Positions 39,646 through 51,287 of a stretch of DNA of 59,621 nt are shown here, piece after piece. The position numbers and the translations under genes were made by a program. Source of the DNA: Candidatus Pelagibacter sp. (GTDB lineage: Bacteria; Pseudomonadota; Alphaproteobacteria; Pelagibacterales; Pelagibacteraceae); contig JADHPA010000001.1 of the NCBI GenBank assembly GCA_016778675.1, forward strand, positions 1 through 59,621, written 5' to 3'. Each line of letters begins with the position of its first letter. Positions within the stretch are counted from its first letter, which is position 1. Below the pieces are notes generated by a model. It did not search any database. It was not told where the DNA came from and worked only from the letters and a program-made list of their open reading frames with translations.

Positions 39646-40946
39646 AATTTTAAAGGCTTACCGTCAGGTTCACCCAATATCTTACCGTCTCTCATTTTGA
39701 TTTGGCCGGCAATAATTGTTGACACAGGAGTTCCTTTAAATTCATACCCATCAAAAGGTGACCAGGCGCATTTACTTTCAATATTTTCATTTTTAATTAT
39801 AATTTTTTTATTCATATCAACGATTGTGAAGTCTGCATCAAATCCTTTTTTAATAAATCCTTTATCTTGAATGCCAAAAATTTTTACTGGATTTTCACAT
39901 ATAAAATTCATTAATTGTTCTAAACTTAATTTTCCATCATTAACATGGTTTAACATAATTGGTAAAAGTGTCTGAACACCTGGCATTCCAGATGGTGAAT
40001 TTGGATATTTTTTTTCTTTGTTTTCTTTTAAGTGTGGAGCATGATCAGAACCAATTGTATCATTAAGATTATTTTTTACTCCATACCACAACCTGTCATA
40101 GTGAGACTTATCTCTTATTGGTGGATTCATTTGAGCATATGTTCCAAGTTTATCATAACAATCTGGGGCGTAGATTGTTAGATGTTGAGGCGTTATCTCA
40201 AATGTGATGTTACCTTTGTGCTGCGATAAAAAATCAATTTCTTGTTTTGTTGTTACATGAAGGATGTGTGCTTTTTTTTTATATCGCTCAGCTATTCTTA
40301 CAATTCTTCTAGTCGATGAAATTGCACATTCTTCACTTCTCCAAATTGGATGTGAGTGAACATCTCCATCTTTAATTAATTTTTTATTCCTATTTAAAAT
40401 TTCTTCATCTTCAGAGTGAACTGAAACAACTTTAGAACTACTTTTAAATACTTTTTCAATATCTTCTTCAAATTGAACTAATAGATTTCCTGTCGAAGAA
40501 CCGGCAAAAAGCTTAATTCCACAACATCCTTCTAAGTTTTTTAAGTCTGCTAACTCATCAGCGTTATCTGGTGTTGCACCAAAATAAAAAGCATAGTTGC
40601 AATACATTCTATTTTTTGCAAGATCTAATTTCTTTTGAAATTCAACTTTATTAGAAGTTGGTGGATTAGTATTTGGCATTTCAAAAACACTCGTTATTCC
40701 CCCAACAATTGCTGCCCTACTTCCAGAATGAAGATCTTCAGTGTCAGTTGATCCGGGTTCCCTAAAATGAGTTTGAGTATCAATACATCCTGGTAAAACA
40801 GTTAATCCCTTGGCATCAAAAACTTCTTTTGCTTCACTATCAATTTTACCAATTTCTATGATTTTACCATCTTTGATTGCTATATCTTGATCTTTAAGAT
40901 CTTTATCTATGTAGCAAGAACCGTTTTTAATTATTAGATCTAACAT
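39642..40946 (-). CDS. pyrC: Dihydroorotase family cyclic amidohydrolase
   Basis: LPGCID..HFREPG, GGITSVFEMPNT.P, QMNPPIR, GSDHAPH and SGMPGVQT. Confidence 0.85.
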   Translation of the reverse strand: MLDLIIKNGSCYIDKDLKDQDIAIKDGKIIEIGKIDSEAKEVFDAKGLTVLPGCIDTQTHFREPGSTDTEDLHSGSRAAIVGGITSVFEMPNTNPPTSNKVEFQKKLDLAKNRMYCNYAFYFGATPDNADELADLKNLEGCCGIKLFAGSSTGNLLVQFEEDIEKVFKSSSKVVSVHSEDEEILNRNKKLIKDGDVHSHPIWRSEECAISSTRRIVRIAERYKKKAHILHVTTKQEIDFLSQHKGNITFEITPQHLTIYAPDCYDKLGTYAQMNPPIRDKSHYDRLWYGVKNNLNDTIGSDHAPHLKENKEKKYPNSPSGMPGVQTLLPIMLNHVNDGKLSLEQLMNFICENPVKIFGIQDKGFIKKGFDADFTIVDMNKKIIIKNENIESKCAWSPFDGYEFKGTPVSTIIAGQIKMRDGKILGEPDGKPLKF

Positions 40947-40989
40947 TTATGAAAAAAGTAATTATATTATATTAAGACATCAATCAATT

Positions 40990-41877
40990 ATGAATAATCA
41001 AAATGTGTACATTTTAGAAGATAGAGGAATTCTGTATATAAACGGTACAGATGCTAAAGAATTTTTACAGAATATGATTAGTAATGATATTGATAAAGTA
41101 CGTGAAGACAGTAGTTGTTTTGCATCGCTATTAACTCCTCAAGGAAAATTTCTTTTTGCTTTTATTATTATAAAACACAAGTCTGGCTACTTCATTGACT
41201 GTGAAAAATCCCAAACAGAAGCACTTTTCAAACAACTTAGTGTCTATAAACTTAGATCAAAAGTTGAAATTATGAATCTTAGTAACGAATTTGTTGTAGC
41301 TGCGTTTAATAAAGAAAAATTTTTAGAATTTGAAGGATCAAAAGATATTGCTGGGAACACAATTAAATATAGAGAAGATTCCATCTTGTTAGACCCAAGA
41401 AATAAAGATTTAGGTGCCAGGCTTATCATTAATTTAGAAAAGCTTTATCTATCTTTAAAAAAATTAGAGCTAAAAGATTCCCCAATTTCTGAATATTATG
41501 AATTGAGTCATCAATTAGGAATTCCTCAAAAAAACATGAATGAATTACAGAATAAGCTATTTGGAATTGAATGTAACTTTGAAGAATTGAATGGAATAGA
41601 CTTTAAAAAAGGCTGTTATGTTGGGCAAGAGAATACTGCAAGAATTAAATTAAAAAATAAACTTTCAAAAAGATTATTACCTATTTATTTAATTGAAGGA
41701 GAAATAAATCAAGATGATTTAATCTATAATGGTGATTTTGAGATAGGAAAAGTTTTAATAAGTAATGAATATCCTTTTGCTTTAATTAAATATTTGGATG
41801 ATAATTTTAATCAAGAAAATGAGTTTAAAAGCAAAAACGCCAAGTTAAAAATTAACATTCCTAGTTGGATTAATTAG
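40990..41877 (+). CDS. ygfZ: Folate-binding Fe-S maturation factor YgfZ
   Basis: LLTPQGK, YKLRSKV and signature KGCYVGQE. Confidence 0.93.
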   Translation: MNNQNVYILEDRGILYINGTDAKEFLQNMISNDIDKVREDSSCFASLLTPQGKFLFAFIIIKHKSGYFIDCEKSQTEALFKQLSVYKLRSKVEIMNLSNEFVVAAFNKEKFLEFEGSKDIAGNTIKYREDSILLDPRNKDLGARLIINLEKLYLSLKKLELKDSPISEYYELSHQLGIPQKNMNELQNKLFGIECNFEELNGIDFKKGCYVGQENTARIKLKNKLSKRLLPIYLIEGEINQDDLIYNGDFEIGKVLISNEYPFALIKYLDDNFNQENEFKSKNAKLKINIPSWIN

Positions 41878-41928
41878 TGCGTCAGAATAAATGCATGACA
41901 AGATTGTATCAAATTGATAGGTTTTAGT

Positions 41929-42918
41929 ATGGAGTTCACTGAAGAAGTAAAAAAAGCAACCGATCCAATTTATCAAAAAATCTCAAAGGTTTTACCTGAA
42001 ATTGAATGGTCAGTTCATGCTCCATATGTTCATAGAATTAATCAATTAAAAAAAGAAAAAAATGCAGTAATTTTAGCTCATAACTATCAGACACCTGAAA
42101 TCTATCACGGTGTTGCAGACTTTGCAGCTGACTCTTTAGCGCTAGCAGTTGAAGCCTCAAAAACTTCAGCTGATATAATTGTAATGGCTGGAGTACACTT
42201 TATGGCAGAGACAGCAAAATTAATGAGTCCTGAAAAAAAAGTTTTATTACCAGACATGCTAGCTGGATGCTCTTTGTCATCCTCTATTACAGGTAAAGAT
42301 GTAAGATTACTAAAAGAAAAGTATCCGGGTGTTCCTGTTGTATCTTATGTTAATACATCGGCAGATGTTAAAGCTGAAACTGATATATGCTGTACGTCAG
42401 CTAATGCGGTTAAGATTGTAAATTCTTTAGGTGTCAAAAAAGTTATATTTTTGCCAGATGACTACCTAGCTAAGTATGTAGCATCTCAGACTGATGTTGA
42501 AATAATTGCTTGGAAAGGTATTTGCGTTGTGCATGATCAGTTTAATGAAAAAGAGATAAACGAGATAAGAAATAATAATCCTGGAATAAAAATAATTGCC
42601 CATCCAGAATGCCCTCCAGATGTTATTAGGGCTAGTGATTTTGCAGGATCAACTTCTGGAATGATTAAATATGTTGAGGATAATCAGCCTAAAAAAGTAA
42701 TGATGGTTACTGAGTGTTCTATGAGTGATAATATTCAAGTAGAGAATCCTAACGTTGAGTTTATTAAACCATGCAATTTATGTCCTCATATGAAAAGAAT
42801 TACACTTCCAAAGATTTTAGCTTGTTTGGAAAATGAAACAGGTGAAATAATTATGGACAAAGAAACTATCAATAAAGCTCGCATACCTGTTGAAAGAATG
42901 ACTGCTATTGGCAGATAA
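41929..42918 (+). CDS. nadA: Quinolinate synthase
   Basis: [38 protein letters not shown] and CPHMK. ATG 41929 preferred over TTG 41914. Confidence 0.96.
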   Translation: MEFTEEVKKATDPIYQKISKVLPEIEWSVHAPYVHRINQLKKEKNAVILAHNYQTPEIYHGVADFAADSLALAVEASKTSADIIVMAGVHFMAETAKLMSPEKKVLLPDMLAGCSLSSSITGKDVRLLKEKYPGVPVVSYVNTSADVKAETDICCTSANAVKIVNSLGVKKVIFLPDDYLAKYVASQTDVEIIAWKGICVVHDQFNEKEINEIRNNNPGIKIIAHPECPPDVIRASDFAGSTSGMIKYVEDNQPKKVMMVTECSMSDNIQVENPNVEFIKPCNLCPHMKRITLPKILACLENETGEIIMDKETINKARIPVERMTAIGR

Positions 42919-42923
42919 CAAAA

Positions 42924-43757
42924 GTGTCTAAATTTAAACTAAGTACCTATTATATAAAAAATAAAGTCAAGCTTGCCTTAAATGAAGACCTTTATCCAGA
43001 TGGAGACATTACATCAAATTTAATCAAAAATGATAAATCTATTAAAGTTAAACTAATTTCCAATCAACCAGCAATAATTGCGGGATTAGAATTTGCAAAA
43101 CACACATTTAAGCTAATAGATAATAAAATAAAATTTACTATTAGGAAAAAAGAAGGTTCAATTGTAAAAAAAAATGACGTTATTGCAACAATACAAGGTA
43201 AGGCTGAAAATATTTTAATTGGTGAGAGAGTTGCATTAAATTTTTTGAGTCATATCTCTGGTATAGCAACTAAAACCAATCAATTTGTTAAACTAGTTAA
43301 TAAGAACTGTAAAATTTGTTGTACCAGAAAAACAATTCCAACTTTAAGAATAATACAAAAATACGCTGTAAAGTTAGGTGGTGGAACAAACCACAGATTC
43401 AATTTAAGTGATGAGTTTTTAATTAAAGATAATCATATAGCAAGTTATGATATTAAAACTTTAGTTTTGCTGGCTATAAAGAATAAAAAAGGAAGAAAAA
43501 TTACGGTTGAAGTTGATAATCTTAATCAACTTAAAAAAATAATAGGTCTAAAGTTTGATACAGTCTTATTTGATAATATGAATATAAAAACGCTAAAGAC
43601 TGGAGTTAAAATCGCAAAAAAATACTACGAAACTGAAGCATCAGGAAACGTCAATTTAAAATCCATAAAAAAAATTGCAGCAACAGGTGTAGATAGAGTT
43701 TCTATTGGTAGTATCACTCATAGCGTTCCAGCTGTTGACTTTAAATTAGAGATTTAA
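42924..43757 (+). CDS. nadC: Quinolinate phosphoribosyltransferase (GTG start)
   Basis: ED..GDITS, ERVALNF, TRKTIP, HRFNLSD..LIKDNHI, VEVD, EASGN and ISIGSITHS. Confidence 0.96.
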   Translation: MSKFKLSTYYIKNKVKLALNEDLYPDGDITSNLIKNDKSIKVKLISNQPAIIAGLEFAKHTFKLIDNKIKFTIRKKEGSIVKKNDVIATIQGKAENILIGERVALNFLSHISGIATKTNQFVKLVNKNCKICCTRKTIPTLRIIQKYAVKLGGGTNHRFNLSDEFLIKDNHIASYDIKTLVLLAIKNKKGRKITVEVDNLNQLKKIIGLKFDTVLFDNMNIKTLKTGVKIAKKYYETEASGNVNLKSIKKIAATGVDRVSIGSITHSVPAVDFKLEI

Positions 43758-46416
43758 TTTTTTTTGATATTTCTGCTTGAGCAGCGGCCAATCTTGCAAC
43801 TGGTACCCTATAAGGTGAGCATGAAACATAATCCAAACCTACTTTTGAGCAAAAATGAATACTTTTTGGATCTCCCCCATGTTCTCCACAAATTCCAAGT
43901 TTAATTTTTTTATTTGTTTCTCTGCCTTTTTTTACTGCAATTTTGACAAGATCACCTACGCCATCATCTATGGAAACAAAAGGGTCTATTGAAAAAATCT
44001 TATTATCAAGGTAATCATTTAAAAATTTTCCACTATCGTCTCTACTCAAACCAAAAGTTGTCTGGGTTAAATCATTAGTGCCAAAGCTAAAAAACTCTGC
44101 ATGTTTTGCTATGTCATTAGCTTTTATAGCTGCTCTAGGGAGCTCAATCATGGTTCCTACTAAATAATCAATTTTAACTTTTTTATCTTTTTGAACTTCT
44201 TGTGCAACTCTTATTACTAGATCTTTCATTATTTTAATTTCAGCTTCAGTCGATACAAGAGGAATCATTATTTCAGGAAATGCTGATTTAATCTTCTTAA
44301 TCTTTAAATCAGATAAAGCTTCAAAAATTGCCCTACATTGCATTTCATAAATTTCTGGGAAGGAAATTCCCAATCTACAGCCTCTATGTCCTAACATTGG
44401 ATTCTGTTCATGTAACTCATTAATTCTAGACTCTATTTCCTTCAATGGTAAACCTACTACATTTGCTACATCATTTATTTCTTTTTCTGTTCTAGGAAGA
44501 AATTCATGTAAAGGGGGATCTAGCAATCTAACTGTTACTGGCAAATCACTCATAATTTTAAATATTTCAATAAAATCATTTCTCTGATGTGGTAATAGTT
44601 TTGATAAAGCTTTATTTCTATCATCAACTGTTTTTGACAGGATCATTTCTCTAACTGATAAAATTCTTTCTTCATCAAAGAACATATGCTCTGTTCTACA
44701 AAGACCAATACCTTCGGCACCAAAGTCTCTTGCAGTTTTTGTATCAAGTGGAGTTTCTGAATTAGTTCTAACCTTCAACTTTCTGAAACTATCTGCCCAA
44801 CTCATTAATTTTGAAAAATCCCCAGAAATTTCTGGTTTAACTGTTGGAACTTCTCCAAGAATAATTCTACCAGTTGAACCATCAATTGTAATTATCTGTC
44901 CTTCTTTAACTTCAATTGAAGATGTTTTAAAAGTTTTTGCTTCATAGTTGATATCAATTTCACTTGAACCAGAAACGCATGGTCTTCCCATACCTCTTGC
45001 CACAACTGCCGCATGACTAGTCATTCCTCCTCTAGCAGTTAAAATTCCTTTTGCAGCATGCATTCCATGAATATCTTCTGGAGAAGTTTCAACTCTCACT
45101 AAGATTGTATCTTGCATCATATCATTTAATCTTTCAGCCTCTTCTGATGAAAAAACAACTTTTCCACTTGCTGCACCTGGAGATGCAGGCAATCCATTTG
45201 CTATTACATTAACTAAACTTTTTTCATCGAGTGTAGGGTGTAACAAGGTATCAAGTGAAGCAGGATCTATTCTCATTACAGCCTCTTTTTTTGACAGCAA
45301 TCCTTCTTTAACCATATCTACGGCAATTTTAACTGCAGATTTTGAAGTTCTTTTTCCAGATCTTGTCTGTAACATCCAAAGTTTATTATTCTCCACTGTA
45401 AACTCTACATCTTGCATGTCTTTGTAGTGTTTTTCTAAAACCTTTAATATTTTATCTAGCTGCTTAAATACTTTTGGCATAGACTCTTCCATAGATGCTT
45501 CTTTAGCTTTAGCATCCTTACGAGCTTTTTTTGTGATATATTGTGGTGTTCTTGTTCCAGCTACCACATCTTCACCCTGTGCATTAATTAAGTATTCTCC
45601 GTAAACTTCATTAGAGCCATCAGATGGGTTTCTAGTAAAGACAACTCCTGTTGCACAATCATTACCCATATTACCAAAAACCATGGATTGTACATTAACA
45701 GCTGTACCCCACTCTGCTGGTATTTGATTTAATTTTCTATAAACCTTTGCTCTATTACTCTCCCAAGATAAAAAAACTGCATTTATTGCTCCAAGCAATT
45801 GCTCAAATACATTTTGTGGAAATTCTTTTTTTGTTTGATTTTTAACAACTTTTTTAAAATCATTAATTAACCCTTCCCAATCACTAGCATCTAAATCTGT
45901 ATCTAAAAGCACACCTTTTGTTAATTTATAATTTTCAATTAACTCTTCAAAATGATAGCTCTCCACCCCCATTACAACATTTCCATACATTTGGATAAAT
46001 CTTCTATAACTATCTTTTGCAAATCTTGTATTTGAAGTTTTATTGGCTAGAGCTATTACAGTTTTGTCATTTAAGCCTAAATTCAAAATTGTATCCATCA
46101 TACCTGGCATTGATACTCTAGCACCAGATCTAACAGACAATAATAATGGATTTTTTAAATCACCAAATTTTTTTCCTACTTCTTTTTCAATAATTCTTAA
46201 TTCTTTTTTAATACTATTAATTATTTTGGAGTTTAATTTTTTTTTATCTTTATAAAATAATTCACAAACTTTAGTTGAGATTGTAAAGCCTGGTGGGACA
46301 GGTAGCCCCATTCTTCCCATTTCTGAAAGATTGGCTCCCTTACCACCTAAAAAATTTTTAGGACTCTTTATCTTTTTAGACTCTTTAGATTTAAAATTTA
46401 AAATCAGTTTATTCAC
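43741..46416 (-). CDS. ppdK: Pyruvate, phosphate dikinase
   Basis: LGGKGANL, SVRSGA..SMPGMMDT, phospho-His motif GGMTSHAAVVARG, GLCRTEHMFF and GICGEHGG. Confidence 0.98.
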   Translation of the reverse strand: MNKLILNFKSKESKKIKSPKNFLGGKGANLSEMGRMGLPVPPGFTISTKVCELFYKDKKKLNSKIINSIKKELRIIEKEVGKKFGDLKNPLLLSVRSGARVSMPGMMDTILNLGLNDKTVIALANKTSNTRFAKDSYRRFIQMYGNVVMGVESYHFEELIENYKLTKGVLLDTDLDASDWEGLINDFKKVVKNQTKKEFPQNVFEQLLGAINAVFLSWESNRAKVYRKLNQIPAEWGTAVNVQSMVFGNMGNDCATGVVFTRNPSDGSNEVYGEYLINAQGEDVVAGTRTPQYITKKARKDAKAKEASMEESMPKVFKQLDKILKVLEKHYKDMQDVEFTVENNKLWMLQTRSGKRTSKSAVKIAVDMVKEGLLSKKEAVMRIDPASLDTLLHPTLDEKSLVNVIANGLPASPGAASGKVVFSSEEAERLNDMMQDTILVRVETSPEDIHGMHAAKGILTARGGMTSHAAVVARGMGRPCVSGSSEIDINYEAKTFKTSSIEVKEGQIITIDGSTGRIILGEVPTVKPEISGDFSKLMSWADSFRKLKVRTNSETPLDTKTARDFGAEGIGLCRTEHMFFDEERILSVREMILSKTVDDRNKALSKLLPHQRNDFIEIFKIMSDLPVTVRLLDPPLHEFLPRTEKEINDVANVVGLPLKEIESRINELHEQNPMLGHRGCRLGISFPEIYEMQCRAIFEALSDLKIKKIKSAFPEIMIPLVSTEAEIKIMKDLVIRVAQEVQKDKKVKIDYLVGTMIELPRAAIKANDIAKHAEFFSFGTNDLTQTTFGLSRDDSGKFLNDYLDNKIFSIDPFVSIDDGVGDLVKIAVKKGRETNKKIKLGICGEHGGDPKSIHFCSKVGLDYVSCSPYRVPVARLAAAQAEISKKIKSLI

Positions 46417-48481
46417 TATTTAGTCTCTATGTTAGAAAAATTAATATAATTGTTAAATGTTCTACATAACATTTGCAAAAGTTCCAATCTGTTTTTTTTA
46501 ATATTTTTATCCTCATCATTGACTTTTACGTTATCAAAAAAATCTGAAATTACTTTTTTTGCACTCGCTAAAACTATTAGTGTTTCCTTATAATTTTCAT
46601 CTTTGTTAATGCTGCTAAAATATTTCCTTAATTCATTTATCTTTTTAAATAGGTTTTTTTCATAATCATTTTTAAAAATACCAGGATCAGTTGTATTTGA
46701 TAATTCAATATCTTTATCTTTTAACTCACCACTTAATATACTTGATGCTCTTTTATAATTTATGACAATATCCTCTCCAATTTCTTTAAAAATAACGCTA
46801 TTTAATGTTGATGCCTTATTATATATTTTATTCATATTATCTAAATTGTGAGAACTAACGCTCGCTTCAATAATATCTCCTCTAATTTGTTTTTCTTTCA
46901 TATAATATTTAAGCCTATCCATCAAAAATTCTGCTAATTCTTTTTGATGCGACTCATTAGTTAACTCAAAACCTTGGTCTCTATGCAGGGATGTTGAGTA
47001 ACTGATTAAATCTTTAATTTTAAAATCTTTATTGTTATCAATTAAAAGTTTTACGACACCCAAAGCAGATCTCCTTAGTGCATATGGATCTTTTGAGCTT
47101 GTAGGTTTTTGATTAATACCAAAAAATCCAACTAGGGTATCAATTTTATCAGTAAGAGCTAAAGCTATACTAAATGGCTTTTTGGGTGTTTTGCTATCAA
47201 GACCGGATGGCAAATAATGTTCACGAACAGCGAGAGCTATTTCCTTATCAAAACCTTGTACTTCAGAAAAATAACCACCCATTATTCCTTGAAGCTCTGG
47301 AAACTCACCAACTAAATCTGAGATTAAATCTACCTTACAAATTGATGCTGATAACTCCACTTGATCTTTGCTAATTAATAATTGGTCTGAAATCATTCCT
47401 CCTAGTTTTCTCATTCTTTGGATTTTATCAAAATAAGAGCCCAATCCTTTAAAGTAATTCATGTTTTTCAATTTGGAAACTTGCTTAACAAGATTTTGGG
47501 ATTTATTCTTTTCCCAAAAAAATTGAGCATCACTTAATCTTGCATCAACAACTCTCTCATTACCTGATTTTATAAAACCCAACGTATCCTTATTATTTGC
47601 AACAACTAAAAATTCATTTGTGATCTTTCCGTTTTTATCGAAGGTTGGAAAATATTTTGATGATATTGCATTGTAATTATCAAGATTTCTTTAGGTATAT
47701 CTAAAAATTTTTCATCAAATTTACAAACTATAATATTTGGTTGTTCAACTAAATCGGTAACCTCATCTAAAAGTTTCTTATTAGCCGCAATAGTAAAATT
47801 TTTTTTTTGAGATATTCTTTCAAATTGCTTTATAATAAATTCTTTTCTTAAAGATTGATTAATAATAATTCCTGAATGGCTAAAAAACTTTTCATAATTT
47901 TTGAAATTTTTAAAATTTTTTTTCTTATCTTCAAATTCTTTATCTACAAAGGTTGCATTGCAAGAGCTTAAATGATGGAATTTAAAGTTTAAATTTTTAC
48001 CATCAAAAATACCCAATATTGATTTTAAAGGTCTCGCCCAATTTAAACTATAATTCCCCCATTTCATTGATTTCTTCCATTGAAGATTTTCAAGTATTAT
48101 TGGTGATTGCTCTTGTAATAAATTAATTGTGTTAGTCTTTTTAGAAGATTTTATATAAAAATAAAATTCACCTTTTTCTATTTTTTTTTTAAATAAGTCT
48201 TTTTTTTCTATTTTATTTGATCTTATAAAGCCCTCTAATGCTTTTTCTGGTGCACTTATAATTGGTCCTCTTATTTCTTCTTCTTTTTGTATTACTTCTT
48301 TAGGTAGTCCCTCAAATAAAATTACAAGGCGATTTGGTGTTGAAAAAGATGTACTTTTTTTAAATACAATTTTCTTTTCTGAAAAAAGTTTGTGAAAACT
48401 CTCTAATAGTGTTTTACGAGCATTTTGTTGTAATCCTGCGGGTATTTCTTCACTAAATAATTCTAAAAAAAATTCAGACAT
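46416..48481 (-). CDS. glyS: Glycine--tRNA ligase beta subunit, split by a 1-nt frameshift near 47655-47658
   Basis: The two ORFs (48481-47606 and 47582-46416) join as ..TMQYHQKYFPTFDKNGKITNEFLVVANN.. if one A is added to CAAAAT, giving 688 aa. Motifs ELFSEEIP, TPNRL, ARLSDAQFF, VGEFPELQG and DPYALRR. Confidence 0.93.
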
Positions 48482-49365
48482 TAATCTATTTGGCTACTCA
48501 ACCACATTTCTGCAACTGCCTTGGTAATATCTCTAATACGTCCAATATATCCTGCTCTTTGAGCAACACTTATGACTCCTCGTGCATCTAAAATATTAAA
48601 TACATGACTAGCTTTTAGGCATTGATCATATGCAGGTAATGAAATTTTTTTTTCTACTAATGCCTTTGCTTCAAATTCATGCATATCAAACATTTTAAAT
48701 AGATTATCTGTATTGGCATGTTCAAAATTATATGCTGAGAATTCTTTTTCAGCTTGCAAAAATACTTCTCCATATTTAATACCTTCATCATTCCACAAAA
48801 GATTATAAACATTTTTTTTTTGCTGAGTAAACATGCATATTCTTTCTAAGCCATATGTGATTTCCACTGATACAGGTTTACATTCTATGCCACCCATTTG
48901 TTGAAAATAAGTGAATTGTGTAATTTCCATACCATCACACCAAACTTCCCATCCTAATCCTGCCGCTCCTAATGTTGGACTTTCCCAGTCATCTTCCACA
49001 AATCTAATATCATGTTCTTTATGATTAATGCCAATTACTGACAGGCTATTTAAATAAAGTTTTTTAATATTATCTGGTGATGGTTTAATCAAAACTTGAA
49101 ATTGATAATAATGCTGCAATCTATTTGGATTATTTCCATACCTACCATCTGTAGGTCTTCTTGATGGTTGCACATAGGCAGCCTTCCAAGGTTTTGGCCC
49201 TAATGATCTTAATGTCGTTGCAGGATGAAAAGTACCAGCTCCAACTTCTATATCATATGGCTGAAGGATTAAACAACCTTGCTTGCTCCAATACTTTTGA
49301 AGATTCAGAATTATATCTTGAAATGATTTTGTTTTTTTATTTTTGATTTTTTCTTTAGAAGCCAT
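48481..49365 (-). CDS. glyQ: Glycine--tRNA ligase alpha subunit
   Basis: [45 protein letters not shown] and [11 protein letters not shown] 49365 preferred. Confidence 0.97.
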   Translation of the reverse strand: MASKEKIKNKKTKSFQDIILNLQKYWSKQGCLILQPYDIEVGAGTFHPATTLRSLGPKPWKAAYVQPSRRPTDGRYGNNPNRLQHYYQFQVLIKPSPDNIKKLYLNSLSVIGINHKEHDIRFVEDDWESPTLGAAGLGWEVWCDGMEITQFTYFQQMGGIECKPVSVEITYGLERICMFTQQKKNVYNLLWNDEGIKYGEVFLQAEKEFSAYNFEHANTDNLFKMFDMHEFEAKALVEKKISLPAYDQCLKASHVFNILDARGVISVAQRAGYIGRIRDITKAVAEMWLSSQID

Positions 49366-50161
49366 ATCTTTGCCAGATAGATCTTTCCTCCAAAATAGTC
49401 GCCAACTGGTCAACTTGATTTACAGAAGAAGAAAATTTTTTGCTAAACCATCCTTTTGGTTTTTCAAATTTTTTGATAACAACATCCTCTCCAAATTTTT
49501 CTTTCAAAATTTGACTAGCATCACCTAATTCATCAATTAAACCTAGTTCTTTTGCTTTACTGCCAGCCCAGAACTCACCCGAAAAAAGTTCAATACCATC
49601 TTTTTTTAATTTAGATCCTCTGCTTTCTTCAACAACATCTATGAAATCTTTATGCAAGTCTAGTTGAATACTTTTAAGTCTATCTATATCCTCTTTTTTT
49701 TCATCTTGGAAAGGATCCAGCGAACTTTTATTTTTCCCAGCAGTATGCACTCTTCTTTCAACACCAATTTTTTTTATAAGTTCGGTGAAACCAAATGAAG
49801 AATATATAACTCCTATGGAGCCAATGATTGAACTTGAATTTGCGTATATTTCATCCCCTGCACATGCTATTAGATAGCCTCCTGACGCAGCAACATCTTC
49901 AGCAAAAACTATTACTTTAATATTATTTTTTTTTGCTTGAGCTCTTATGAATTTATATATTAAATGAGATTGAACTGGTGATCCTCCAGGGGAATTTATG
50001 GTAATTGCTACAGCTTTAGCTTTTTTTAAAGAAAATGCTTTTTTTATTATCTCTTCTTGACCTGCAAAATCAATACCCTGCTTAAATTTACCAGCATTTC
50101 CAATAACTCCATTTAATCTAATATGGGCTACTATTTTTTTCTTTTTAAAAAAAGAGAACAT
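49355..50161 (-). CDS. S49 family peptidase (SppA/SohB-like)
   Basis: [30 protein letters not shown] and [15 protein letters not shown]. Confidence 0.92.
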   Translation of the reverse strand: MFSFFKKKKIVAHIRLNGVIGNAGKFKQGIDFAGQEEIIKKAFSLKKAKAVAITINSPGGSPVQSHLIYKFIRAQAKKNNIKVIVFAEDVAASGGYLIACAGDEIYANSSSIIGSIGVIYSSFGFTELIKKIGVERRVHTAGKNKSSLDPFQDEKKEDIDRLKSIQLDLHKDFIDVVEESRGSKLKKDGIELFSGEFWAGSKAKELGLIDELGDASQILKEKFGEDVVIKKFEKPKGWFSKKFSSSVNQVDQLATILEERSIWQRYGF

Positions 50162-50273
50162 TGTTATTCCTTACAGAATTTTTGATTTAATATAAAGCCT
50201 ACTTATAGTTGAAGATTAAGGTGCGTCAATTGATAAGTAATAAATATAACTGAATTATACTAACTTAATAATC

Positions 50274-51287
50274 ATGGGCACTGTAGTTCAACTAAGAAAT
50301 CAAATAAATAATTCTTACTTTCAACTGAAAGATTCTGTTGATGAAAAATTAGTTCTTGTTGAAGAAAAAATTAAATCAAAACTCATAAGTGATGTAGATT
50401 TAGTTCAAAAAATGACTGATTACCATATATTAACTGGAGGAAAAAGACTAAGAGCGTTGTTAACTCTTGGATCTGCTAAATTGTGTGGCTATACAAAAGG
50501 TGGCAGAGATATTAATTTGGCAGCTTGTGTTGAGATGATACATGGTGCTACTCTTATGCATGATGATGTAATTGATCTTGGAAATATAAGACGAGGAAAA
50601 AAAACTCCTAACTCAATTTGGGGAAATCACTCTTCTGTATTAATTGGAGATTACCTTCTTAGCAGATGTTTTGAAATGATGGTAGAGGATGGTAATTTAG
50701 AAGTTTTAAAACTTTTATCTTCAACATCGTCTAAAATAGCTCAGGGAGAAGTTTTACAACTTCAGTATAAAGGAGAAACAGACATGCTTGAGGAAACTTA
50801 TCTTAAAATAATTACAGCTAAGACTGCAGAACTTTTTTCAGCGGCCACTAAAGTTGGTGCAATTTTATCAAATAGTGAAACTAAAGAAAAAGAAGCTTTG
50901 GAGTTTTATGGAAAAAATTTAGGATTAACTTTTCAAATTGCAGATGACACTTTAGATTATAATTCTAATCTTAAAAATTTTGGTAAAAAAATTGGTAAGG
51001 ATTTTTTTGAAGGTAAAATTACCCTTCCAGTGATTTTATTATTTCAAAAAGTTAATTCTTTAGAAAAAGATAAGTTACAAAATATTTTTAAACAAGAAAT
51101 TAGATCTAAAGAAGATTTAAGTTTTACACTAGATCTAATTAATAAATATAAGATTATTAAAGAATGCTATAAAAAAGCAGAACATTTTATAAACCTTGCA
51201 TCTAATTCATTAAGTATTTTTAAAAATAATGAAGAGAAAAAAATTTTAGAAGATCTTACTTCGTTTAGTCTTGAAAGAAGTTTTTAA
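50274..51287 (+). CDS. ispB: Long-chain polyprenyl diphosphate synthase
   Basis: GGKRLR, HGATLMHDDVID..RRG, GDYLLSR, KTAELF, FQIADDTLDY and EGKITLP. Confidence 0.9.
   Translation: MGTVVQLRNQINNSYFQLKDSVDEKLVLVEEKIKSKLISDVDLVQKMTDYHILTGGKRLRALLTLGSAKLCGYTKGGRDINLAACVEMIHGATLMHDDVIDLGNIRRGKKTPNSIWGNHSSVLIGDYLLSRCFEMMVEDGNLEVLKLLSSTSSKIAQGEVLQLQYKGETDMLEETYLKIITAKTAELFSAATKVGAILSNSETKEKEALEFYGKNLGLTFQIADDTLDYNSNLKNFGKKIGKDFFEGKITLPVILLFQKVNSLEKDKLQNIFKQEIRSKEDLSFTLDLINKYKIIKECYKKAEHFINLASNSLSIFKNNEEKKILEDLTSFSLERSF

Noticed and set aside
41878-41928. TATCAA-A-TTGATA palindrome before nadA, considered as an NAD regulator site
   Set aside because: Short and AT-rich, with no match to NadQ or NrtR boxes as I recall them, and no regulator gene nearby.
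46416-48481. glyS as a true pseudogene or two separate genes
   Set aside because: Essential gene with a single homopolymer indel and no other decay; an artefact is more parsimonious.
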